NCBI GenBank assembly: GCA_964351075.1
Contig: CAYGMF010000005.1
Location: forward strand, 6,790-39,234
Direction: 5' to 3'
Origin: an uncultured bacterium
GTDB lineage: Bacteria > Chlamydiota > Chlamydiia > Chlamydiales > JAAZZY01
Length of the DNA stretch: 32,445 nt
Below, one piece after another: positions 8,506 through 16,908 of the stretch. Positions within the stretch are counted from its first letter, which is position 1. Each line of letters opens with the position of its first letter. Both the position numbers and the translations under genes were made by a program. The notes below the pieces were generated by a model. It saw only the letters and a list, made by a program, of their open reading frames with translations. It had not been told where the DNA came from and ran no database searches.

Positions 8506-10293
8506 ATGTTAGGTACAGGATTTGGAGCTCAACGATTAGCAACTGGTGCAGCATCTCTTGCTGGTGCAGCATACACAGCATATAGTTCAGGGATGGGCTT
8601 TACACCACTTGGATTCGCAGCAACAGGTATGATGGCTATTAATGGCGTGAGTTTGAAGTCTGTGGGATTAAGTGCACTAGCAGGTGGAGCATATGGAGCG
8701 CATTGGCTCTACCATGGTGGACTTGGGGATTCCATTGGAAGTATAATTGGCAATACGATTAGAGCAGGTGTAAAGGGAGTTGATCTTGGAGAAATAGGAC
8801 GTACCTTTACAGCTTCATTTGGAGACGGTATTGACGAAGGGATGAAAGGGCTAAACTTTCAAAAACTGGTAGATACCTGGTATAAGGAGTATGGAGCAGT
8901 TTCAATTGAGCTTTTTAATAAAGTTATTACTGAAACAAGTAAGGTTGTTACCGATATCATAAGAGATAATACACAGACGATTTTAACAAGAGTCGTCCCT
9001 TTGGTGGCTTTAGGAACTGCTGTTACAGTAGGAACTCCACTTGCAATTTATTACGGGTATAAGCGACTTGTACACAATATAGGTAAGCCTAAGCTTGCAC
9101 AGGAAATAAAAAACTATAATCCTCTTGATCGAGCTTATGAGATAGGTGTAAATATCCTAATGGCTTCGGGAAGTAGTATGAAAACGTACTATAAGTGGTT
9201 GTTTGGAACACACTTAGCAACACAGGCCTTGACAGCTTTAACCGGATTGGCCTATGTGGCTAAAAACATCTATTTTGAAGAGCCTTATGGAGGGAGATGG
9301 GCTACTGATTTTTTAGGAGACTCAATGTGTTACGCTGGTCACTCACTGGTAGGAGAATTGCAGTATGCTCATAGAAGATGTAATCTTTCAGCTCACAATG
9401 TTTTAAGTTATGAGGCTGTTACAACAGCAACTTTAGCTATCGCTTTTGCTGCTACAGCATATAGAGCTGGAACAGACCTATATGAATATGTTAAAGAGAA
9501 TTGGGGAGTCACAAGAGGTAAGCCTATTTTCAATGACTCTATAAGAGAAACTGTTGATGACGTGATTGAAGCAACTAAAAATCTACAGCGAAACGGAGGT
9601 TACTTCCAAAACATGATCCTTTATGGACCAGGTGGAACAGGAAAAACCATGATCTCCAAATACATCGCTCGAAATTCAGGAATGAACTACATCATTATGT
9701 CTGGAGGAGACCTTGCCCAGTACATTAAGCGAGGAGAACACGTAACTGAGCTGGTTAAAATCTTCGATACTGCAAAAAACTCTGCAGGGGCAACCATCCT
9801 CTTCATTGATGAAGCTGAATCTCTTTGCCGAGATAGAGGTAAGATGAATCGCGATGAACTCTTAGAACTTTTAAACTCTTTCCTAAACCAGACAGGAGAG
9901 CCAAGTCGAAAAGTAATGTTAGTTTTAGCAACGAATAGACTTGAAGATATTGATGAAGCTGTCCTCTCTAGAATGGATAACAAAGTATTTGTTGGACCAC
10001 CAGAGTTTGAACAAAGAAAACAAATCCTTTCGATGTATGCTTCGCACTTCTTTACCAAGTTAGAAAGAAGAGCGTTTTTCCATGAAGAAGCTTTGAATGA
10101 ATTGAGCACTAAAACAGATGGGCTCACAGGTAGAGCTCTCTTCAAAATGTTAAATGCTCTCTCAACGAAGCAGAAGTGTACAAAAACAAACCGTTTGACT
10201 CAAGATCTCGTAAACCTCGTAGTAGATCGCTTTGTGAAGCAGGAACTCGAAGTAAAAGAGAAAAGAGAAGCTGCTAGAGTAGCCGCTGCTTAA
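8506..10293 (+). CDS. Membrane-associated AAA+ ATPase, ATAD3-like
   Basis: Walker A GPGGTGKT, Walker B ILFIDEAE, sensor-1 LATN, SRH AVLSR. ATAD3-type motifs IGKPKLAQE, ATKN...FQNMILYG, SGMNYIIMSGGD, LNSFLNQTGEPS.KVMLVLA. ATG 8506 chosen for its AAGAAGGGA SD; TTG 8473 is the alternative. Confidence 0.88.
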   Translation: MLGTGFGAQRLATGAASLAGAAYTAYSSGMGFTPLGFAATGMMAINGVSLKSVGLSALAGGAYGAHWLYHGGLGDSIGSIIGNTIRAGVKGVDLGEIGRTFTASFGDGIDEGMKGLNFQKLVDTWYKEYGAVSIELFNKVITETSKVVTDIIRDNTQTILTRVVPLVALGTAVTVGTPLAIYYGYKRLVHNIGKPKLAQEIKNYNPLDRAYEIGVNILMASGSSMKTYYKWLFGTHLATQALTALTGLAYVAKNIYFEEPYGGRWATDFLGDSMCYAGHSLVGELQYAHRRCNLSAHNVLSYEAVTTATLAIAFAATAYRAGTDLYEYVKENWGVTRGKPIFNDSIRETVDDVIEATKNLQRNGGYFQNMILYGPGGTGKTMISKYIARNSGMNYIIMSGGDLAQYIKRGEHVTELVKIFDTAKNSAGATILFIDEAESLCRDRGKMNRDELLELLNSFLNQTGEPSRKVMLVLATNRLEDIDEAVLSRMDNKVFVGPPEFEQRKQILSMYASHFFTKLERRAFFHEEALNELSTKTDGLTGRALFKMLNALSTKQKCTKTNRLTQDLVNLVVDRFVKQELEVKEKREAARVAAA

Positions 10294-10317
10294 GAAGCTT
10301 GATACTTCTGAAGAATT

Positions 10318-10347
10318 AAAAAGAGTACTTCTAAAGTGCTCTTTTTT
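10318..10347 (+). terminator. Intrinsic terminator after the AAA ATPase
   Basis: AAAAAGAGTACTT-CTA-AAGTGCTCTTTTTT hairpin with T-tail. Confidence 0.8.
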
Positions 10348-10400
10348 ATTTTAAGAGTTTTTTTCAAAAATTAGATTTTAGTTTTACCTAGCGAAATGAA

Positions 10401-10429
10401 TTGATTAAAATTGATTTCTTCCATATAAC
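10401..10429 (+). promoter_or_regulatory. Putative sigma66/sigma70 promoter of lpxC-fabZ-lpxA-fmt
   Basis: TTGATT (10401-06), 17 bp spacer, TATAAC (10424-29), 41 bp before the lpxC ATG. Confidence 0.5.
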
Positions 10430-10470
10430 TTGTCCTTCAAAATGAACATCAGTATAAACTTAATTTAAAT

Positions 10471-11364
10471 ATGACTGAAACCGCTATCGATTACACAGAA
10501 AAGCTTGATGTCAAAACCCGCCCTCAAAATACCCTCAAAAAAGAGGTTTCTTTTACAGGGATAGGGATCCATACAGGTCACCAGGTCACCTTGACCTTTT
10601 GCCCTGCTGAAAAGGGATCAGGGATTTCTTTTCAAAGGATAGATCTGCCCTCTAAACCCATTATTCCAGCGACAGTTGAGTATGTGCAAGACACCTCTCG
10701 AAATACCACAATTGGAATAGGAAACACTAAAGTGCACACGATAGAGCATGTCTTAGCAGCTCTGAGCGCTTACAAAATAGATAACCTCCTTATTCAAGTC
10801 GATGGCCCAGAGCCTCCAGTCGGAAATGGAAGCTCAGATGTTTTTGTACAACTCATCGAAGAAGGGGGGATAGAGCAGCAATCAGCTCTTAAGCCTATTT
10901 TAGGCATTAAAACGCCCATCTATTACTCCAAAGACTCTATTCATATGGTGGCGCTGCCTGCTGATGAGTTCAAAATCAGCTATACTTTGCACTACCCACA
11001 AATAACTTCCATAGGTTCCCAATACCACTCAATCGTAATCACTGCAGACTCTTTTAAAGAAGAACTCTCCGAATGTCGCACTTTTGCACTCTATCGAGAA
11101 CTCAAAATGCTCATGGACGCAGGTCTCATCAAGGGAGGAAGCTTAGATAATGCTGTGGTGGTTCATGAAGAAGCTATTTTTAGTAAAGAAGGACTCAAAT
11201 TTCCCAATGAAATGGTCCGACATAAAATTTTAGATGTGGTAGGGGATTTGTCCCTTGTTGGGTTTTCAATAAATGCCCATATCATTTCTATTTGCTCTGG
11301 CCATGCTACGAATGTTGTGTTTGCCAAAAAATTATTAAACCATATTACTATGGAGAATGTTTAA
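10471..11364 (+). CDS. lpxC: UDP-3-O-acyl-N-acetylglucosamine deacetylase
   Basis: QNTLK..V...[38 protein letters not shown] motifs. Confidence 0.97.
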   Translation: MTETAIDYTEKLDVKTRPQNTLKKEVSFTGIGIHTGHQVTLTFCPAEKGSGISFQRIDLPSKPIIPATVEYVQDTSRNTTIGIGNTKVHTIEHVLAALSAYKIDNLLIQVDGPEPPVGNGSSDVFVQLIEEGGIEQQSALKPILGIKTPIYYSKDSIHMVALPADEFKISYTLHYPQITSIGSQYHSIVITADSFKEELSECRTFALYRELKMLMDAGLIKGGSLDNAVVVHEEAIFSKEGLKFPNEMVRHKILDVVGDLSLVGFSINAHIISICSGHATNVVFAKKLLNHITMENV

Positions 11365-11837
11365 TGGAAGATTCATTAAATAATCCATCGACAAAAACTT
11401 TGATCAGTATAAAGGAGATATTGGATATTCTTCCTCATCGCTATCCTTTTCTACTCGTTGATAAAGTTGTTTCGGTAGATTTAGAAAAAAACCTAATTGT
11501 GGCCCAGAAAAATGTCACCTTTAATGAAGAGTTTTTTCAAGGTCATTTTCCAGAGGCTCCCATTATGCCTGGAGTCCTCTTGTTAGAAGCCCTAGCTCAA
11601 ACAGGCGGTATTTTGGTCCATCAAAATGGATTTACAAATAAAAGTGCCGTGATCTTGAACGTCAACCAAGCTAAGTTTAGAACCGCTGTGAAACCTGGGG
11701 ATATCTTAATGCTGTATGCAGAAGCTTTGCATGTTTCAGCAAGAGGAGGCCGTATAAGAGGCAGAGCGATGGTTGGAAACAAGGTCGCAGTTGAAGCAGA
11801 ATTGGGCTTTGCCCTACGTGATAAAAATCAAATTTAA
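11364..11837 (+). CDS. fabZ: 3-hydroxyacyl-ACP dehydratase
   Basis: [30 protein letters not shown]. Start moved to ATG 11364 (TAATG coupling with lpxC, GGAGA SD). Confidence 0.97.
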   Translation: MEDSLNNPSTKTLISIKEILDILPHRYPFLLVDKVVSVDLEKNLIVAQKNVTFNEEFFQGHFPEAPIMPGVLLLEALAQTGGILVHQNGFTNKSAVILNVNQAKFRTAVKPGDILMLYAEALHVSARGGRIRGRAMVGNKVAVEAELGFALRDKNQI

Positions 11838-11850
11838 CCCCATAGATCTC

Positions 11851-12642
11851 ATGACAAAGATACATCCAACTGCCATCATTGAAGATGGTGCACAAATTGG
11901 GCAAGACGTTGAAATTGAGCCCTATGTAATTATTAAAAAGAATGTTGTGATTCACGATAAGGTCGTTATCAAAGCTCATGCCTATATTGAAGGTCATACA
12001 ACAATTGGTGAAGGGACTGTAATATGGCCCTCGGTCAGCATTGGGACCCAAACCCAAGACCTTAAATTTACTGGAGAGCGTACGTTTGTAAGAATTGGAA
12101 AAAATTGCCATATTCGAGAGTTTGTGACAATCAACTCCTCAACTCAAAAAGACTCTGCTGTCGAAATTGGAGACGGTTGCCTCTTAATGGCCTACTGCCA
12201 TATCGCGCATAATAGCAAAATCGGAAACCATGTAGTAATGAGTAACTGCGCAACACTTGCAGGACATGTGACTATAGGAGACTATGCTATTATTGGTGGC
12301 TTTGCACCTATTCATCAAAATGTTCGAATAGGGGACTACGCCATGATTGGTGGGATGAGCCGGGTTGGACACGATATCCCTCCCTTTACTATAGGAGGAG
12401 GAATCCCATTCAAAGTAGGTGGAATTAATATTGTAGGTTTAAAGAGAAAAGGCTTTTCACTTGAGGTGAGAAGTACTCTGTCTAGAGCTTTCAAAATTCT
12501 ATATCGCTCAGATTTAAAGTTAAGCGATGCTCTTCAAGAAATCCAGAAAAGCTGCGAACCTATTCCTGAGATCGATAGCTGGCTTGAGTTTTGTAATAAC
12601 CCTTCTTCTAGAGGAATAATGGGATTTCAAGCCCAAACCTAA
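11851..12642 (+). CDS. lpxA: Acyl-ACP--UDP-N-acetylglucosamine O-acyltransferase
   Basis: IHPTAIIE start, hexapeptide repeats, QDLKF.GE, HIAHN, LAGHV, DIPPF. Start moved to ATG 11851. Confidence 0.97.
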   Translation: MTKIHPTAIIEDGAQIGQDVEIEPYVIIKKNVVIHDKVVIKAHAYIEGHTTIGEGTVIWPSVSIGTQTQDLKFTGERTFVRIGKNCHIREFVTINSSTQKDSAVEIGDGCLLMAYCHIAHNSKIGNHVVMSNCATLAGHVTIGDYAIIGGFAPIHQNVRIGDYAMIGGMSRVGHDIPPFTIGGGIPFKVGGINIVGLKRKGFSLEVRSTLSRAFKILYRSDLKLSDALQEIQKSCEPIPEIDSWLEFCNNPSSRGIMGFQAQT

Positions 12643-12648
12643 GACCTT

Positions 12649-13596
12649 ATGAAAATTGCTTTTTTTGGAACCCCTAAATTTTCAGCTGAAATTCTTCAAG
12701 ACCTTATTGAAAAGGGAGTGCACATTTCAGCTGTTATTACTCAGCCAGACAAGCTTCAAGGGCGCCATCTAAAACTTCAGGAATCTTGTGTAAAAAAAGT
12801 AGCTAGAGCTCTTCTGCCTCAAGTTCCTCTTCTTCAGCCTGAACGTATTTCGCATGAAACATTTGTTCATGCGATCTCTCAAGTGGAAGCAGATCTTTTT
12901 GTCGTAGTCGCTTTTGGTCAAATCTTTCCCAAATCGTTATTAGAGATGCCTAGGCTTGGATGTGTAAATGTCCATACAAGCTTACTCCCAAAATATAGAG
13001 GAGCAGCTCCCATTCAGCGCTGCTTGATGGAAGGAGAGACTGAAACGGGTTGCACAATCATGTATATGGCTGAAAAATGCGATGCCGGCGACATCTTAGC
13101 TGTGAAAAAAATGCCTATTCCACCTGCAATGAATGCAGGGGAACTTACTTTAGCCTTATGCGAGATTTCTAAAGATCTTCTTTACCCTACTTTATTAAAA
13201 CTAGTTGATGGAAAGATTAAACCGCAACCTCAAGACTCATCGCAGGTGACTTTTGCTAAAAAAGTGACCCCTGAGGGGGCCCAAGTTCTCTGGAATCATG
13301 ATGCTGTTTATCATTATAATCAATTCAGGGGAGTCACCCCAAAGCCTGGAGCTTGGTGTTTTATACACGTCAAAGGAAAAAGATTACGTCTAAAACTTAT
13401 TGAAGTGGAGCTTTCCAATCTCACTGGAGCACCCGGTGAGATACTCTCCTATGAGAATGAGGGAATTGTTGTTGCTTGCAAAAACAAATCCCTCTCCTTA
13501 AAGACCATTCAGCTAGAAGGCAAAAAACCTCTAAAGGCTCACTCTTTTATTAGAGGTTGCTCACTAAAGGAAGTTTCATTCCTAGAATCTGAGTGA
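12649..13596 (+). CDS. fmt: Methionyl-tRNA formyltransferase
   Basis: FFGTP.F, TQPD, NVH.SLLPKYRGAAPIQ, DAGDI motifs. Confidence 0.97.
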   Translation: MKIAFFGTPKFSAEILQDLIEKGVHISAVITQPDKLQGRHLKLQESCVKKVARALLPQVPLLQPERISHETFVHAISQVEADLFVVVAFGQIFPKSLLEMPRLGCVNVHTSLLPKYRGAAPIQRCLMEGETETGCTIMYMAEKCDAGDILAVKKMPIPPAMNAGELTLALCEISKDLLYPTLLKLVDGKIKPQPQDSSQVTFAKKVTPEGAQVLWNHDAVYHYNQFRGVTPKPGAWCFIHVKGKRLRLKLIEVELSNLTGAPGEILSYENEGIVVACKNKSLSLKTIQLEGKKPLKAHSFIRGCSLKEVSFLESE

Positions 13597-14888
13597 GCAG
13601 CACTTTGAAGATGCCCCTTAATAGGGCTGACTATCCAATCCATATCAAACTCAGGGATGACTTGATTAACATTGCCTCTAGGCGGCATAGGGTGTCCTGC
13701 AGATGAAATAATGCCCTCTTTAGGATCAATTGCGTAGTATTCATGACCAGAAAGCTCGCTAATCATTTGGTAGTCCATTGCAAACGCTCCTTCAGGGAAA
13801 ATCTCGAGAACTAAAGCATTATCAGGTAAAAAATAGGAGTGAGTGAGGCCATTTCCATGGGCTCCAATCAAAATATCAGTGTTACGGATAATTTGTAGTT
13901 GCTGTGCAAAAGAATGCTTCTCAAACCAAACTGGTTGAATTTTATGATTAGGAAATTGTTTTTCTAGAGTGAGTAAAAACATTTTTTCAAAATCTTGATC
14001 CAAATAGCGTCTGTTTTTTCTTTTAATATAAGTAATTGTCGGTTTTCTATTCGGATTCTCATAGGTCTTGAGTTTTCCTAAAATAGTGTCCCTCATTTCT
14101 TTCAAATATTCACTTTTGATGAGTTCTTTATGCCCCATAGCCATCTTATTATAGGTGGAAACAGCCTCAAGGTTATGGCAGCCGTGTCGATCCACTAAAA
14201 TGGCATTTTCAAACTGCAGTAAATGATGATCAGATAAAGTCTTTAATTGAGACTTATTCAAAACGGTGACGTTAGGAATTAAGGCCTCCATAACCTGCTT
14301 ATTGAGCTGATTTGTCCCTTCCCAATGATCAATATCAGGGAAAATCACAGTTGTCATTTGCGCGGTTTCAAGCCCTTTATGAGCCGCCCAACCTAAAATA
14401 AACTCTTCAAGGAAGTGAAAGTAGTGAGGTTGAAGATTTTTCATTTCTTTTGAAGAGGCTAAAATAAGGGTAGTGCCTGGAATTTTAAAAGTTTGAGCGG
14501 ATTGAGAGCTTTTATCAAACAGGGCTTGATCTAAAGAAGCTACCTTATAGGCATACTCTCCTTCGCCAAAGAAATTAAGATCCTTAGAAACAAAGTTTTC
14601 CTGAGAATCATCAGAGGCTAGATAGAAGTTATTAGCGCGATAGTATAGATTTGAAAAAAAGTTTACACCATCTTCTCCAAAGGGGGCTCTTTTAGTGGGA
14701 TGAAAGTCCGTAGCTGGAAGATTTGCGGTGAAAATAGAGAGGTCTATAGCATTTGGCATTCTATTCTGCTTTTTTGCTTTCGTGAATTTTAATGAAAAAA
14801 GTAGACAAACGGCTAAAAGGGTCAAAATAAGTAAAATAATTTTTTTCTTTATTTTAGTGGGATTTGAGGGTGTTGAGTGCTGGGTCAT
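13539..14888 (-). CDS. Glycosyltransferase family 61 (DUF563) protein with N-terminal membrane anchor
   Basis: HYFHF..E, ITYIKR..RR, SFAQQLQIIRNTDILIGAHGNGLTH..FL....VLEIFP. N-terminal KIKKK plus hydrophobic helix. ATG 14888 preferred over TTG 14903. Confidence 0.85.
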   Translation of the reverse strand: MTQHSTPSNPTKIKKKIILLILTLLAVCLLFSLKFTKAKKQNRMPNAIDLSIFTANLPATDFHPTKRAPFGEDGVNFFSNLYYRANNFYLASDDSQENFVSKDLNFFGEGEYAYKVASLDQALFDKSSQSAQTFKIPGTTLILASSKEMKNLQPHYFHFLEEFILGWAAHKGLETAQMTTVIFPDIDHWEGTNQLNKQVMEALIPNVTVLNKSQLKTLSDHHLLQFENAILVDRHGCHNLEAVSTYNKMAMGHKELIKSEYLKEMRDTILGKLKTYENPNRKPTITYIKRKNRRYLDQDFEKMFLLTLEKQFPNHKIQPVWFEKHSFAQQLQIIRNTDILIGAHGNGLTHSYFLPDNALVLEIFPEGAFAMDYQMISELSGHEYYAIDPKEGIISSAGHPMPPRGNVNQVIPEFDMDWIVSPIKGHLQSAAHSDSRNETSFSEQPLIKE

Positions 14889-15001
14889 AGGATATCCTTG
14901 CAAGTAAAGTTTAGAATAAAAAAGAATATAGTAAGAAGTTCAAAGGTTATTTGCATTATATTTTAGAATTTCAAGGGGAGATAAAGTGATAAAGATAAGC
15001 T

Positions 15002-15031
15002 TTGATTTATTTTAGAGGTATTGCGTATACT
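15002..15031 (+). promoter_or_regulatory. Possible promoter for the rplC cluster
   Basis: TTGATT (15002-07), 18 bp, TATACT (15026-31). A second candidate is TTGTTT (15105-10), 18 bp, TACATT (15129-34) with an upstream TG. Confidence 0.35.
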
Positions 15032-15216
15032 CCTCTTCAATAATTTAAGAAAGATGGTAAAATTTCATTTTTAAACGAATTCCAGAAAGAAGTTTGAAAT
15101 TTAGTTGTTTTAAAATTGAATATTTTGTTACATTCTTCGTTTCCAATTGCAATTTGGATCTTGGCATTAGTCATCTTTAAAATAATTCAGCAAGCCTAAG
15201 AGGTGAGAGAAATCGG

Positions 15217-15882
15217 ATGAAACAGAAACATAGACTAAAATTAATGGGCAAGAAAGTGGGAATGACCACCGTCTTTGATAAAGAAGGCCAAACCATCCCT
15301 TGTACAGTACTACACGTAGAACCCAATGTCGTAACTCAACTTAAGACTATTGAAACAGATGGTTATGAAGCTGTGAAATTAGGTCATGAGAAAATTGCAG
15401 GAAAGAATCTTAAGAAAATAGAAGCTAAGGTAACAAAGCCTCTTTTCGATGATTATAAGAAGAAAAACATAGAGTCGAGAAGACGCCTAAAAGAAAGTCG
15501 AATTTCTACAGACGGTTACGAGGTGGGTCAAGAAGTTGACCTCTCTTATTTTGAAGATGAAAAGCATATCGATATCCAGGGCGTTTCAAAAGGAAAAGGT
15601 TACCAGGGTCTAATGAAGTTGCATAATTTTAAAGGGGGGCCAGCAGCACACGGTTCAGGCTTCCATAGGCATGCAGGTTCAACAGGTATGCGCTCGACTC
15701 CTGGTCGTTGTTTTCCTGGAGGGCCAAGACCTTCTAGAATGGGTGGAAGAACTCATACTCTACAAAGTTTAAAAGTTGTTTCTATTCAAAAAGAAAAAAA
15801 TCTTCTACTTGTTAAGGGCGCTGTCCCAGGAGCAAGAGGAAGTTTAGTATATCTCAGTAAGGCAATTAAGAAGGGTCAATAA
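15217..15882 (+). CDS. rplC: 50S ribosomal protein L3
   Basis: GKKVGMT, SKGKGYQG, HGSGFHR..GS.G, LLLVKGAVPG. Confidence 0.98.
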   Translation: MKQKHRLKLMGKKVGMTTVFDKEGQTIPCTVLHVEPNVVTQLKTIETDGYEAVKLGHEKIAGKNLKKIEAKVTKPLFDDYKKKNIESRRRLKESRISTDGYEVGQEVDLSYFEDEKHIDIQGVSKGKGYQGLMKLHNFKGGPAAHGSGFHRHAGSTGMRSTPGRCFPGGPRPSRMGGRTHTLQSLKVVSIQKEKNLLLVKGAVPGARGSLVYLSKAIKKGQ

Positions 15883-15885
15883 GAA

Positions 15886-16548
15886 ATGAAGCTTGAATCA
15901 TACAATCTAGAAGCGGAAAAGCTCAAAGACGTCGAGTTTAACAAAGTTAAGAGAGAAAAAGAGCTGAGTCTTCAACTAGTTAAAGATTATATCGTCGCTT
16001 ACCGTAGAAATCAAAGGCAGTGGTCGGCAAGTACTAAAGGGCGCTCAGAAGTTAATCACTCAAAGCAAAAGCCGCACCGTCAAAAGGGTACGGGTAAAGC
16101 GAGACAAGGGTCTCTTGCAGCTCCTCAATATAAAGGTGGTGGAGTCGTTTTTGGGCCGCGGCCTAAGTTTGACCAGCATATTCGAATCAATCAAAAAGAA
16201 AAAAGAGCTGTCATTCAGTATTTAATCGAAAAGAAGATTGAAGATAAGAAGCTGATTCTTCTCGATAAGACTGAGATGAAAGCGCCAAAAACTAAGACGC
16301 TAGCTAGCTTTATTGAAAAGCGTGGTCTTGATAAGAGAACTCTCTTTATTGCAGAAACTGCAGACCAGATTACAAAAGATAAAGCGCCATCTAAAGCCAG
16401 TCACCTAAATTTCAAAAAAAGCATCCATAACCTTAAGAAAGTTGAATTTTCGCTAGTTAGCCAAATGAATGGCTATCAGCTGCTCAAAGCAGAGCATGTG
16501 GTTATGACTGAAGCAGGTCTAAAACAATTTATGGAGTTCAGTAAGTAA
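15886..16548 (+). CDS. rplD: 50S ribosomal protein L4
   Basis: TKGRSEV, KPHRQKGTGKARQGS, GGGVVFGP.P. Confidence 0.98.
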   Translation: MKLESYNLEAEKLKDVEFNKVKREKELSLQLVKDYIVAYRRNQRQWSASTKGRSEVNHSKQKPHRQKGTGKARQGSLAAPQYKGGGVVFGPRPKFDQHIRINQKEKRAVIQYLIEKKIEDKKLILLDKTEMKAPKTKTLASFIEKRGLDKRTLFIAETADQITKDKAPSKASHLNFKKSIHNLKKVEFSLVSQMNGYQLLKAEHVVMTEAGLKQFMEFSK

Positions 16549-16898
16549 TGAGTAATTTAGAAAACTTTATAAGCCCATTTAGTATTGTTAAATCGCGCTA
16601 TATCACTGAAAAAGCGATGATGCTTGGTCAACTGCATTCTGCAGAAAGTAATGCTTGTTTAAAGAAGTGCCAGACTCCAAAATATGTTTTCATCGTTCAT
16701 AAAAAAGCAAATAAGAAACAGATTGCAGACGCAATTGAAGAAATCTATGCAGACAAAAAAGTGAAAGTTATAGGTGTCAATACAATTATTACTAAGCCGA
16801 AAACTAAAAAAATGCGTGGTCGGTTCAATGCAGGAAAAACAGCGTCAATAAAAAAAGCCATCGTCACGTTTGATGTGGGTAATACCCTCGAAGATTAA
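16548..16898 (+). CDS. rplW: 50S ribosomal protein L23
   Basis: ITEKA, YVF.V...ANK.QI..AIE, KKAIVT; operon position. Confidence 0.96.
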   Translation: MSNLENFISPFSIVKSRYITEKAMMLGQLHSAESNACLKKCQTPKYVFIVHKKANKKQIADAIEEIYADKKVKVIGVNTIITKPKTKKMRGRFNAGKTASIKKAIVTFDVGNTLED

Positions 16899-16908
16899 AG
16901 GATTAACT

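Noticed and set aside
9687-10145. 152-aa antisense ORF inside the AAA ATPase, plus other shadow ORFs (797, 879, 2121, 5308, 6327, 6373, 7110, 11677, 12184, 17679-27076 antisense set, 30769)
   Set aside because: All overlap well-supported genes and show no recognisable motifs.
13775-13799. 22/25-nt match (F.EGAFAM) between GT61 and the tmRNA tag at 32118-32142
   Set aside because: Same sense, so not antisense. It falls in a GT61 family motif, and a rough estimate makes one such match plausible by chance in 32 kb.
14904-15216. 313-bp spacer before rplC as a possible leader peptide or structured RNA
   Set aside because: Only a 9-codon GTG ORF and no convincing stable hairpins. Divergent promoters explain the space.
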